A DNA stretch of 51,343 nt from Octopus bimaculoides (GCF_001194135.2 NC_069008.1:210799-262141); one strand, 5' to 3'. Counted from the first letter of the stretch, positions 24,543-37,734 are shown. Program-made: numbers and translations. The notes: generated by a model from the sequence alone, not told the origin.

Positions 24543-24741
24543 GTAAGTAGCAACAAAATCTCACCCTCTCACTCCTCCCCCAGCCTCTCTTTTCCAAATC
24601 CCTCCCTCTCTCTCACTCCCCTCTGTCTTTCCTGATCCCTCTCTCTCTCTCTCTCTATCTTTTTCTGCATGCTTATCTTTCTCTCTCCCTCCCTCTGTCT
24701 GTATCAATCTCTTTTTCTGTTTCTCTCTCTCTTTGTATCTC

Positions 24742-24776
<35 letters not shown>

Positions 24777-24781
24777 AACAG

Positions 24782-24924
24782 AAGCTGACCCAATGGTCCA
24801 CACACCAGGCATCACTCAGTAAATATCGACGAAACATTGCCATGACCCTCACTTCGAATCTGGAGAGTCTGGAAACAGATACAGGACTCTTGCTCATCAA
24901 ACCTGTTTATTGGCACAACAACAA
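24782..24924 (+). CDS. FAM186-like gene exon 12 (KLTQWSTHQASLSKYRRNIAMTLTSNLESLETDTGLLLIKPVYWHN)
   Basis: (CT)n-ctaacag acceptor, gtaggt donor; phase 0 to 2. Confidence 0.85.
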
Positions 24925-25427
24925 GTAGGTACCACTATATTGTCCGTCTGTCTGTTCATGCAAGACACATTGGATAATGTAGTCTTAGATACACCATGCC
25001 TGAATAAAAGACAGGATGGTCACAGCTGGAACATCTTTGATCATAGGTCTGCCTGGATCAGGACTGACCTGGGGCTAAACAACAAAAACAGCTGTGATTT
25101 ATTGTTATTTAAAAATCCTGCCCTTGTGGCAAATCTGAAACCATTATTATTATTGCATATGAAGGCAGCCGGCTGGCAGAATTGCTAGCACACCGGGCAA
25201 AATGCTTAGCGCTATCTTGTCAAGTACAACGTTCTGAGTTTAAATGCTGTCAAAGTTGACTTTGCACTTCATCTTTCAGGGTCGATAAATTAAGTACCAG
25301 TTGAACACTGGGGTCGATGTAATCGACACATCCTCTCCCCCAAAATGGCTACCCTTGTTGTAAAATTTAAAACCATTATTATTATTATTGTTGTTGTTTC
25401 TTGCCTACCAATTGCCATTGAACAAAG

Positions 25428-25563
25428 AACAAACTGTAAACTGAAAGAAGTGGTCCCAAACAGAACTGCAGAGGACAGGGGACAACATCTGATGAATGAG
25501 GCCAGTGAAGAGAGTGGCTTTAACGAATATTCAATGAAGAAGTTAACGAGGAACTCATCTTTG
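25428..25563 (+). CDS. FAM186-like gene exon 13 (TNCKLKEVVPNRTAEDRG...LTRNSSL); start may be 25464
   Basis: gtaatt donor in phase 0. Two in-phase acceptors (aag at 25425-27, cag at 25461-63) both fit a phase 2 entry. Confidence 0.6.
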
Positions 25564-26097
25564 GTAATTATAACTAATTCCTCTCTATTTTTACTATGTT
25601 CCTGCACAAGCTTCCCACATGTCTGCTTTTAATTTTTTATATATATATATTTTTCATTTTTTTGTCCCTTTTTAACCGTGTGAATGTGTATGAGCATATG
25701 TATATGTATGTGTGCGTGTGTATATATATGTATGCGTATATGAGTGTAAGACTGTGCCTAGTGCGACTTCCATGCACACGTCCCCATCATTCATATGGAC
25801 ATGCATATGTTTGTATATGTGTGTGGGTGTGAATGTATGCCTGTATATCTATAAGTGTCTAAATATATGTATTGTGTTACATGCATGCAAACACTTGTGT
25901 GTACACATATACATGNNNNNNNNNNNNNNNNNNNNNNNNNNNNNNNNNNNNNNNNNNNNNNNNNNNNNNNNNNNNNNNNNNNNNNNNNNNNNNNNNNNNN
26001 NNNNNNNNNNNNNNNNNNNNNNNNNNNNNNNNNNNNNNNNNNNNNNNNNNNNNNNNNNNNNNNNNNNNNNNNNNNNNNNNNNNNNNNNNNNNNNNNN

Positions 26098-26134
<37 letters not shown>

Positions 26135-26236
26135 GTTTTAGGGAAAAGAACCAAGGTTCATGAACTCATCGATGAAAATCTACTGTCACATATAATTGAG
26201 TTTTTACCTGCAAATTTGGATTTTTATCCCTAATAT

Positions 26237-26284
<48 letters not shown>

Positions 26285-26353
26285 TGTTTGTATGTATGTC
26301 TGAATATGCCAATGCATATGGCTAAGTACCAGGTGCTCTTACATGTTTTCCAG

Positions 26354-26491
26354 ACCAACCCTGACCTACCCACAGTAGAAGATATACCAACTCTCAACTC
26401 ACACTTCTATAAGATAACCGGTCAAGAAGGCCACTTGATGGCCACCACCTCAGACATGGAACTCAACACCAACTCTGTAGCTATGTGGACA
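26354..26491 (+). CDS. FAM186-like gene exon 14 (TNPDLPTVEDIPTL...NSVAMWT)
   Basis: ttttccag acceptor, gtaagt donor; 46 codons. Confidence 0.8.
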
Positions 26492-26884
26492 GTAAGTTAT
26501 TTGCTGTTGTTGTTGTTATTGTCCACCACCACCACCGTCACATCTGTTATGGAGGGTTTTTGCATTAGGGGTTGGAAGTGGTGTTGCGGGAGATTACACA
26601 TCTTACAGACCCAGCAAGCCTGCATGTACCATTGGACAAGTTAACCAAGGTGTGCTTAGACATATAAATAACTCGAGAACAGTTTTTCTGTTCGTTTGTT
26701 TCAGCCATGCTGGAGCACCACCTTAAAGTGTGTCAATCAAAGAAATCGACCCCAGGACTTATTCTTTGTAAGCCTAGTACTTACTCTATTGGTCTCTTTT
26801 GCCAAACCACTAAGTTATGGGGGAATAAACACACTAACACCAGTTGTCAAGCGATGGCAGGGGGACAAACACACAAATATATAC

Positions 26885-26921
<37 letters not shown>

Positions 26922-27191
26922 CGTGTTGGTGGGGGGCCAAAGTGTATGAGGTTCCTTTGGTGTTGGTGGGGGGTCCAAAGTGTGTAAGGTTCCTTTGGTC
27001 ACTCCTCGGTGGAACTCCCCCCTATTGGGGAAGTACATTGTTGGTGTAATCCCCTTGGTAATTGGGGTTGTTTTTTTTTTGTTATTTACACGTCCCTCTG
27101 TCCCTCGTTTGTTTATCGTCTTTTATGTTTTGCGTTCAGACCTTGGGGCCAATAAAAGAAATTATTATTATTATTATTATTAATTGTCTAG

Positions 27192-27400
27192 ATGCTGTCT
27201 TTCCAGCCTAGCAACCCACGGAAGCAGTCACCGTCACTCCACCGACCCAATACTCCTATCACTGCCAACGACAACAACAACAACAACACCAGTACGTTGC
27301 AGCACCAGCAACCTGTCTCTGTCTCTTGTAGTGGACCCTTGGCCTCAAAAATTCAGGAGTTGGACATCAACACCATGTTGGTTTGCCGCAATAATGTCTT
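27192..27400 (+). CDS. FAM186-like gene exon 15 (MLSFQPSNPRK...SKIQELDINTMLVCRNNV)
   Basis: gtctag acceptor, gtgagt donor; phase 0 to 2. Confidence 0.8.
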
Positions 27401-27647
27401 GTGAGTAATCTTCAATCCTTGCTATCAGCGTCATTGTTGGAGTCGTCATCACCACCACCATCATCATCATTAACACATCATAAGCATCATCATCCCCGAA
27501 TTTTTAGCGGAGGGTGAAAGTGTTAACAAGAACAGGACAGTGAAAACAAAGAATAAGGGCTGTTAGGCCCCAGGACGATAGAAGAATGATTGTTTTTTTT
27601 GAACGCTAGTAGACGTGAATGAGAGAAGATACAGAAAAATCAGGTCT

Positions 27648-27873
27648 TCTTTATAGGAAGCCAGCGGATAGAAGGAAAGAATCCCTTTTGTTATGTGTCA
27701 GTGATGAAAGGGTCAAGGAGGAAGAGTGAGAGAGAGGGAGAGAAGAATAGAGAAAGGGTGGGAGAGAAAAACAGAAAGGATGAACAAGAGAGGGTGAGAG
27801 ATAGACAAGGAAGTAATAGTAATAGAGTGACGAAAGGGATTCTTTCTTTCTATCCGCTGGCTTCCTATAAAGA
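27648..27873. mobile_element. 226-bp MITE with ~45-bp terminal inverted repeats
   Basis: tctttataggaagccagcggatagaaggaaagaatccctttt versus gaaagggattctttctttctatccgctggcttcctataaaga. Confidence 0.65.
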
Positions 27874-28356
27874 CGGGATTCCTCCGTCTCTTCTCTCATT
27901 CATATCTACTAGTAATCGAGTAGTCCCCTCCTCCAAATTCCAGGCCTTGTGCCTATAATAGAAAGGATTACTATTATTATTATTGTTATTATTATTATTA
28001 TGTTATTATTATTATAATTATTGTTATTATTATTATTATCATAATTATTGTTATTATTATTATTATTATTATAATTATTGTTATTATTGTTCTTACTAAA
28101 GCAGTGAGCTGGCAGAATTGGCAGCGTGCGGAATGAAGTGCTTAGCAACATTTTGTCTGCCATTGCGTTCCGAGTTCAAATTTTGCCAAGCTCGACTTTG
28201 CCTTTCATCCTTTTGGGGGTTGATAAATTAAGTACCAGTTATGTACTGGGACCAATGTAACTGACAATCCCCTGCCCCCAAATTTCAGACGTTGTGCCTA
28301 TAACAGAAAAGATTATTATTGTTGTCACTGTTACTGTTGTTTTCCTGTGATTCTAG

Positions 28357-28481
28357 CACTGACCTCCAGTCCAAAGATGACCATCAAGGATCAAAACTCT
28401 ACTCCTACTACACAGTGCGTCGTCCAACCATGCCCCTCCTGAATGACTTGATTCAGGAAACCTCCTCGATTCAACCACAGG
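28357..28481 (+). CDS. FAM186-like gene exon 16 (TDLQSKDDHQGSKLYSYYTVRRPTMPLL...IQPQ)
   Basis: attctag acceptor, gtgaga donor; phase 2 to 1. Confidence 0.8.
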
Positions 28482-28784
28482 GTGAGAATGCTACAGACAT
28501 AAAATTGTTGTTGTTTTTAACCCCAAGCAGGGACATATGTGGTTTACAAGTATATCCTGTGACACTGAACTGACAGACAATAACAGAACAGAAATTATAC
28601 ACCCCTACCCTGCTGCCTGCCCCCTGCAAAACGCATTAGGAAACTGTTGGGTGCTGATAAAAAAATGGGGAAAATTTCAAATTGTTTCCTTGTAGTGTGT
28701 GTGTGTGATTAGAGGTATATGTCAAAGCGAAGGCAACGAGTATCTCAAATCATTTAAATTCAATTAGGGTAAGGTGAATTTCAA

Positions 28785-28860
28785 GTCTTACAGGCGTTTC
28801 TGGGATAACCCAAGTGGTAGGTTAGCCTGTCCACGCACTGGCTATTCCATCATCAGAGAC
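28785..28860 (-). ncRNA. Minimal type I hammerhead ribozyme motif (Penelope-like)
   Basis: Minus strand GTCT-CTGATGA-TGGAATAGCC...GGTTATCCCA-GAAA-CGCCTG-TA-AGAC: complete core, 4-bp stem I, 9 of 10 pairs in stem II. Confidence 0.7.
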
Positions 28861-29699
28861 AAGGTATGAATATTTTAGTTATAAGGAATAAAACAAAAGA
28901 ATAAATAGTAAAAGTAGTTAGAATATTCTTTTCTACTCTAGGCACAAGGCCTGAAAATTTTTTGGGGGGGCAGTCGATTAGATAGACCCTAGTACAGAAC
29001 GGGTACTAAATTTATCGACCTTCAAAGGATTACATCAAGAATTTCCATGAAGGTGCTACAGGCAGGACAGAGTCATCTCCCCTTCATCAGCCCCGACAGG
29101 ACAGAACTGACGTAAAGCAAGCTGACCCCATCAACGGATGTCCCTTTAATTTCGTTTAAAGATGTCTAATAAATATATATTCGAACGAAAATATACGCTT
29201 GCTCTACTCTGATGTATCTGCCATGTATTTCTAACCCAAAGCATTTCGTTCATGACATTATTATTCCTGTTTCCTATCATTAACTATCACACACACACAC
29301 ACACATTTATATACATGTGCATGTGTTTGTCCCCTCCCCATCCCCCACCACTTGACATCTGGTGTTGGTGTGTTTATGTCCCTCTAACTTAGCAGTTTGG
29401 CAAATAGGGCCTGATACAATAAATACCATGTTTTGAAAAATTAAGGAATGGGGTCGATATATGTCAACTAAAAATTCTTGAAGTTGGTGCCCCAGCATGG
29501 CCATAGCCTAATGATTGAGACAAGTAAAAGACGATAGATGCATGTGCACACACACTCAAACAAACTATGCATACATATCTATCTATACATAGATAGATAT
29601 ATATATATAGTCCCTGCTGCTCCTTCTAGCATGTAAGGCTGCCTGTTAAGGGTTGCTTCTTTTGTGTTTAAATGTACACTAATTTTATATATCTATCTA

Positions 29700-29737
<38 letters not shown>

Positions 29738-29763
29738 AATGTTTTTGTTCTGTATATTTGTAG

Positions 29764-29948
29764 GGCTGCAGAGGGTTGCTTTCCCCTCACCCCTCTCAAG
29801 ACCACATTCCTTGTCCATGTCTTCCAACCAGAATCTCTTCAGCGCCGATTCCTTGGTACCAAAGCCAGGCTTGAGCAAGTCTTCCCTTCCACCAATTTCC
29901 TCCTTGAATAACCAGCAAAGCTACCACAACATGCAAATGTCTGACTGA
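29764..29948 (+). CDS. FAM186-like gene terminal coding exon (GLQRVAFPSP...SSLPPISS...MQMSD*)
   Basis: ttgtag acceptor in phase 1; open to TGA. Confidence 0.8.
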
Positions 29949-31070
29949 CATATATGCATATGTATACATATGTTTTCTTTATTTGTGAATTAAGTCTACC
30001 ATTGATTTCATGTTAAGAAAAGTAAGAAAATATCCTAGTGTCTTAACAATTTTTTAAGCCAATCACATGGAGAAAGGCATTCACTTCCATTTTGGGAAGC
30101 ATTCTTGCTTCATTCATGGGATTTCTAGTAAATTTGCATGGATGAAACAAACCTCAAAACGAGGAAGCCTAGAACATGGACATAGGTTCCAAACATTCAC
30201 CAGCACTAATTAAACAACTAGTTAACAACATAAGCAGGTCTCCATTTTATCCATCAACAAAGACACTTGAAAAAGCTACTCTGTATTATGATGCTACTTT
30301 AGGAAGGTCCAATTTAAAGAATAGAATACGCTAAATTGAACCAAATAGAAATAGACCAAGAAGATGCAGACAGAGGAAAATCTTATGATACAGCCTACCT
30401 TGAGAGGTCAATAGAATAAGTACTAGGCTTACAAAACATAAGTCCCGGGGTCGATTTGCTCAACTAAAGGTGGTGCTCCAGCATGGCCACAGTCAACTGA
30501 CTGAAACAAGTAAAGGAATAACTAAATGACTATCAAACCCTTTTTTTGTTCTTTATATTATTTCCTGTTTATATTCTGCGAGACACAAACTCGGGTTTTA
30601 TGCCAAATGATGTGAATACAATAACAAGATTGGCAAGACACATGCAATCCTAAGTTCTGGTTCTTTGTCATGCCATTGTTGTCTGTAAAAGGAAACACCT
30701 GGACATGAATCATGTGATTGCCAATTAAAAACAAAATCATATATATTTCAAAAGTCTCCATTAACAATTCATCTATTTCGATTTGCAATTGGCTGTTTTT
30801 CTCCCTAAATTCTTGGTTCAAAACATTCCACTTCAACAAATCTTTTTTTTTTCTCGCTCTGCAAACATAGAAATGTCTTTTATTTTTGGTTATTTCCACT
30901 ACTTTGTGTTTTTTGTTTCTTTTCAAATACGCCTGTTTTATTTTTTTTACATCACAAATAATTAGTAAAAAGTCCTTGTAATTTTCTACATATATACACA
31001 CATACAATTATGTACATATGAACAAACACATAAATATATATACACACACACACACCTGCATGCATATATA

Positions 31071-31122
<52 letters not shown>

Positions 31123-33953
31123 TATGCTTAGGTAAATATATACAAATATAAGTCTATATATATATATATATATATANNNNNNNNNNNNNNNNNNNNNNNN
31201 NNNNNNNNNNNNNNNNNNNNNNNNNNNNNNNNNNNNNNNNNNNNNNNNNNNNNNNNNNNNNNNNNNNNNNNNNNNNNNNNNNNNNNNNNNNNNNNNNNNN
31301 NNNNNNNNNNNNNNNNNNNNNNNNNNNNNNNNNNNNNNNNNNNNNNNNNNNNNNNNNNNNNNNNNNNNNNNNNNNNNNNNNNNNNNNNNNNNNNNNNNNN
31401 NNNNNNNNNNNNNNNNNNNNNNNNNNNNNNNNNNNNNNNNNNNNNNNNNNNNNNNNNNNNNNNNNNNNNNNNNNNNNNNNNNNNNNNNNNNNNNNNNNNN
31501 NNNNNNNNNNNNNNNNNNNNNNNNNNNNNNNNNNNNNNNNNNNNNNNNNNNNNNNNNNNNNNNNNNNNNNNNNNNNNNNNNNNNNNNNNNNNNNNNNNNN
31601 NNNNNNNNNNNNNNNNNNNNNNNNNNNNNNNNNNNNNNNNNNNNNNNNNNNNNNNNNNNNNNNNNNNNNNNNNNNNNNNNNNNNNNNNNNNNNNNNNNNN
31701 NNNNNNNNNNNNNNNNNNNNNNNNNNNNNNNNNNNNNNNNNNNNNNNNNNNNNNNNNNNNNNNNNNNNNNNNNNNNNNNNNNNNNNNNNNNNNNNNNNNN
31801 NNNNNNNNNNNNNNNNNNNNNNNNNNNNNNNNNNNNNNNNNNNNNNNNNNNNNNNNNNNNNNNNNNNNNNNNNNNNNNNNNNNNNNNNNNNNNNNNNNNN
31901 NNNNNNNNNNNNNNNNNNNNNNNNNNNNNNNNNNNNNNNNNNNNNNNNNNNNNNNNNNNNNNNNNNNNNNNNNNNNNNNNNNNNNNNNNNNNNNNNNNNN
32001 NNNNNNNNNNNNNNNNNNNCATATACATATATATACATATACATATATATACATATACATATATATACATATACATATATATACATATATATACATATAC
32101 ATATATATACATATACATATATATACATATACATATATATACATATACATATATATACATATACATATATATACATATACATATATATACATATACATAT
32201 ATATATATATAAAAATATATAGGCACAGTCATGGCGGTGTGGAAAGAAGCTTGATTCCAAACCACATGGTTCGGGTTTCAGTCCCACTGCATGGCACCTT
32301 AGGCAAGTCATCACTTGACAACTGATGTTGGTATGTTTACGTCCCCATTATCTAGCTGTTTGGCAAAAGAGACTGATAGAGTAAGTTCCAGGCTTACAAA
32401 GAATAAATCCAGGGATCAATATCTTCGTGATTAAGGGGAGGTGAGTAGCACCGGTAATTCAGTGGTTCAATGAAAACTATTTGGGAATGAAATTGGGCCT
32501 AACTTTCATATACATCGAATTGTAGTAATAATTAGGTATATACAGGTATGCAAGAAAAATTCATTTTATAGATGCTTTACAATGCACAAATAAAATGGCC
32601 CTTACAATTAAGTGGATAATATTTAAGGCCAAGACACATGATGAAATATATATATATATATATATACAAGAAATAATATTTGTCTCTTCTAAGAGAAACA
32701 AAAAGGGTTTTATAGGACTTCAAAAGAATTGCTCAAATATAAATGAGACAGAGATGAAGAAGTATTGGTTGTGGAACAAACATTAAATCTGGGTCAATGA
32801 CTTTACATACAACCCCACCCCTCAAACATCTAATCATATATAAAAAAAAAATCACCATGGTTCCTAAACACATAAAAAAAAAATTATATTTACACATAAA
32901 ATCACAGAAGGTAAAAAGTATATAATTGAATAAAATACAAATAGAACGGCAAATCAAAAATGTTAAATATAAAGGGCTAAAAATTCAAAAACTATCAAAA
33001 AAACCTAATAGACAAATATAAAATAAGTAAAGGTAAAAATGAAAATAAAATAAATATCCACAGCTTAAAAAAGTTTTATCAGACAATTAAAATGTTTTTT
33101 TTTAATGTTTTTTTTTTATTTTTTTAAAATGGTTTTTTTTTTTGATTTTTTTAAAAAATATTTTTTGAAAGTTTTTTACTTCCCTCATACAAGTATGTCC
33201 TAAGTTCATAAATAAACAGACTTCCACAGGTCAAATTCAACATTCACATGTATCCATGGCCATTTCAGGAGCTCACCACCACCACAGTGTATTTTCACTG
33301 AAATGCNNNNNNNNNNNNNNNNNNNNNNNNNNNNNNNNNNNNNNNNNNNNNNNNNNNNNNNNNNNNNNNNNNNNNNNNNNNNNNNNNNNNNNNNNNNNNN
33401 NNNNNNNNNNNNNNNNNNNNNNNNNNNNNNNNNNNNNNNNNNNNNNNNNNNNNNNNNNNNNNNNNNNNNNNNNNNNNNNNNNNNNNNNNNNNNNNNNNNN
33501 NNNNNNNNNNNNNNNNNNNNNNNNNNNNNNNNNNNNNNNNNNNNNNNNNNNNNNNNNNNNNNNNNNNNNNNNNNNNNNNNNNNNNNNNNNNNNNNNNNNN
33601 NNNNNNNNNNNNNNNNNNNNNNNNNNNNNNNNNNNNNNNNNNNNNNNNNNNNNNNNNNNNNNNNNNNNNNNNNNNNNNNNNNNNNNNNNNNNNNNNNNNN
33701 NNNNNNNNNNNNNNNNNNNNNNNNNNNNNNNNNNNNNNNNNNNNNNNNNNNNNNNNNNNNNNNNNNNNNNNNNNNNNNNNNNNNNNNNNNNNNNNNNNNN
33801 NNNNNNNNNNNNNNNNNNNNNNNNNNNNNNNNNNNNNNNNNNNNNNNNNNNNNNNNNNNNNNNNNNNNNNNNNNNNNNNNNNNNNNNNNNNNNNNNNNNN
33901 NNNNNNNNNNNNNNNNNNNNNNNNNNNNNNNNNNNNNNNNNNNNNNNNNNNNN

Positions 33954-33999
<46 letters not shown>

Positions 34000-35790
34000 C
34001 ATACATATATGTATGTATATATAGATAAATGCACACACAAACACATATAAATATGTGTGTATATATCTATGTGGATATGAATGTATTTTGTACTTGTTTC
34101 AGTCATTAAACTGTGGCCATGCTGGGACTCAACCTTGAAATATTTTAGTTGACCATCCTGAAAACCACAACTTCTTCCATCAGCCTTTTAGGCTGAGTTG
34201 CTAAGTAATGAGGACCTAAACACACCAACACCAGTTATCAAGCATTGATGGGGGAACAAACACATAACAAACAAAGAGTGTTTCACACTTTCCATATGAA
34301 AATTAGGGACTCCTTCAAAGAGTAACTGCTGCATTTGTTGAGTATATAAACAGTTTGGCTGCTTGTCTCTTTGGAGATTGTCAGAATGATGGGGACGCCT
34401 CTGATGAGAAACCAATAAAGTTTGTAAATCGATTAAGCTTGTCCATCGTTTTTTTTTCAGTCTGCAGAGAAATACTTAAAATTTGCCCTGTTTATAATCA
34501 TACCATATGTTACATATTTATATATGCCTATATACACACACACACACAATAGGCTTCCTTCAGTTTCCATCTACCAAATCCACTCACAAGGCTAACCCAA
34601 GGTATCATGCGGTGGAATTGAACCTGGAACCATGTGGTTGGGAAGCAAATTCCTACCACAGCTGGGCCTCTGTGTGTGAGTGTGTGTGCATGTGTATATT
34701 ATATATATATTTGTATATGTATACATACATTTATATATACACACGCATGCATATATAAAGAATCCTACAAACCAGATACAAAAATGACATATATATATAT
34801 ATATATCCATATGTGTGTGTGAAGGGTCAACACACACACATACTCTGGTTCAATTCCAACTCATCTATTGTTTAATTTATATATGAGTGTATATGGATTC
34901 GTTAATTTTTCGTTAAATATTTCAGCTTGTTTTTAATTTAATCCGAAGCCAATGAAATGTTCCGAGGCCATTGTATGGTTTGTGTTGTAGTATCACGTGG
35001 GTAGTAGTCTGTTGTGTAAGAATTTGACTGATTTCAGGAGGGTTCCAGTGAGCAGGTAGTTTGACCCCTTTCCAAGTAAATGGGTCTGGCTTTCCAATCT
35101 TGACTGTATGCTCCAGGAGGGGCTTCCTTTCTTATTGGATGCTATTTTTCAGGCTGTCCAACATGTGAAATGTCTCTGGTTGGTCCAAATTAGCTGCTCC
35201 ATTCCCTTCCATTTGAATCGTTTCATTGGATTCAAGGAGAGTGGGAGCAGGGATATAATTAAGGTCCTTATTGCTGTAAAAAAAAAAAAGCAACAAAAAA
35301 CAAAAACAAAAAAAAAACAAGAAATATAATACCTTTTTATAATACAAGGATTCAACCATGTAGTGTCCTGCAGGTCTCATGCTTGTGCCAATGTCATCAT
35401 CATCATCATCATCATCAGCTTCATAATAATAATAATAATGATTTTTTTTTTTTTTTTTTTAATTATTGGACAATACGAAGAGCATGATGCGATTTCAATG
35501 AACAATATTTTGACAGTTTGCCTGTGTTTGTCAAGTTCAGAATGAAAAGTGATAAATAGAAAGTATAGAAGTTCAAATTTAAAAGTGGGAACACAGGATT
35601 TCCTCAGTCAAACTTTTGAATTTCTGTAATTTCTATTTATCAATTTTTATTGGCAAGCCATTAAAATATTGTCCAAACTAATAAAATATCTACTGAAATC
35701 ACATCACACTCTGTATTTTCTGTTTGTTTTCGTGAAGAGTACGTCAAACCTTTTATATTATTATTATCATTATTATTATTATTATTATCA

Positions 35791-35830
<40 letters not shown>

Positions 35831-36343
35831 GGTGGAAGAATCGTCTGCACTCTGGGCAAAATGCTTAGCGACATTTCATCTGTCTTTACGTTCTGAGTTC
35901 AAATTCAATCAAGGTCGACTTTGCCTTTCATCCTTTCATGGTTAATGAAATAAGTACCAGTTATGCAATGGGGTCAATATAATCAACTAGCCCCTCCCCA
36001 CCAAAAACTTTCAGGCCTTGTGACTTTAGTAGAAAGGATTATTATTATTATTGTTGTTGTTGAATGAGGGAACAGCATATGCCCTCAAAGTGACACTAGT
36101 GTACAAATATGTGAAGCCCAATATACCCATCATGACCCCCACCCCGTCTGATAAGGGTACACCAGGCCACATGCATCACAACCATATGTGTGCAACATGG
36201 TGATCAAGGTAAACAGTACATGACTTTTCAGGTGGAACCAAGTTCAAACTTTCTTCAGGTTGAGTAGCCCAACCTACACAAAAACCCAACCTACTCAATA
36301 AGGGTTATTTCAGGATGATGAACAAGACACCTATTATTATTAC

Positions 36344-36380
<37 letters not shown>

Positions 36381-36613
36381 GCTATTATCATCATCATTAT
36401 TATTAAGGATGGTGAGCTGGCAAAACTGTTACCCTGCCAGTCAAAATGTTTAGTGGTATTTTTCCCATCCAAGTTCAAATACCGCCGAGGCCAACTTTGC
36501 CTTTCATCCTTTTAGGGGTCGATTAAATAAGTACCAGTTACACACTGGGGTCGATGTAATTGACTTAATCCCTCCCCAACAAATTTGAGGCCTTGTGCTT
36601 CCAGTAGAAAGGA

Positions 36614-36648
<35 letters not shown>

Positions 36649-36982
36649 GTTATTAAAGGTATCCAACATTCATTCCAGAAGTGTTTCATTACTGAAATAT
36701 CTTTTTCTGAGCATGGACTTTTGTAACACAAGCCTTATTTTCCCCTGTTGCTTCCATGTTTTCTAACCTGGAAGAAGTCAGTTATAAGAAAAGGGGTGAC
36801 AGGAATGGGACACTTTGGCAAAACAGATGCAGATGTTTGGATTCCATATATTGTTTTTTAATTATTCATGTTATTAATAGTCTTGTTCTTCTCCCAAAGG
36901 TTCTCTCCATTTTTTTTTCTTTCCTCATATCAAAAAAAAAAACAAACAACTTAAAATCTCATGTGGCCATCCCATCATAAAG

Positions 36983-37734
36983 CTACCAACAGGCACAATC
37001 TAAGGCTATCATGTTCTGTAGAGTGCCAATAAGGACTTCTTTTAGCTTGCTCTCATAAATAATTGGCAGGGGTGAGTATACAGAGGGGACACAATAAGAG
37101 TAGGGTATGTGTACATGGTTGTAGCCAGTTGACAGATGGTACTTGTTGCGCAAAAAAGCATGGTTGCTCACCCTCGAGTCTATGAGACTCAGACAATGGC
37201 CTGAGCAGTAACTTGCATTATAAACTTTTGGACGTAGGATCCAATTGAGGCGAATGTCAGAAAACCGAATCTGCCAAGGTTTCAAGCTGCAGTTGGTTGT
37301 ATTATGTCTCTTGAAGTTCCTGTTAAAAAGTTGGTCGGGTGAAGACGATGTGTTTTGCAATGACCGCCGCCTCCGCTTGTCCTCCTCCAGTGATGGCGCT
37401 TTTACTGTCGTCGGTATGTTTGGTGTTGTCTTGGTCGGGAAGTCCTGCATCGGCAAACCCCTTTCTGGTTCCTCACCTGAACTATTTGCTGTTTCAGCCG
37501 AAGTCTTGAATAACCTTTTGGACTTCCTGTTGTTCTGCTGCGACCTCTTGATGTCTGCTATGAACATGTCACTGTACATGATGAGCAGGGCATTGGGGTT
37601 CAGCCTGCAAGACTGGTGCTGTCCCCTGCGGCGGTGGATGACCTTGAAGGTGAGTTGCTCTGACCTCTCCGCAGTGGCTCGCTTGACGATGGCCGTCACG
37701 TTTATCACGAGGTTCTTCTTTGTCATAAACATCT
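36983..37734 (-). CDS. TGF-beta superfamily ligand, last exon: end of prodomain, KRRRR|S furin site and six-Cys mature domain
   Basis: C-x(27)-CSGHC ... YCVP ... NM...CAC cystine-knot pattern; NHA motif; pyrimidine tract plus ttgcag acceptor in phase 1. Confidence 0.95.

Noticed and set aside
24963-25090. Twister ribozyme in the family D unit (TAATGTAG ... GGTCACAGC)
   Set aside because: P2 closes after only 8 nt and the pseudoknot partners are absent.
29040-29100. Minus-strand CTGATGA ... GAAA as a hammerhead
   Set aside because: The complementary CCTTCAT pairs with the core itself, and stems I and III do not form.
34395-34445. CTGATGAGAAAC as a hammerhead
   Set aside because: No stem II lies between the core halves and there is no matching stem I.
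34930-35280. Minus-strand protein-like stretch (NPMKRFKWKGMEQLIW...)
   Set aside because: It has stops and no diagnostic motif; probably an old retroelement remnant that I cannot classify.
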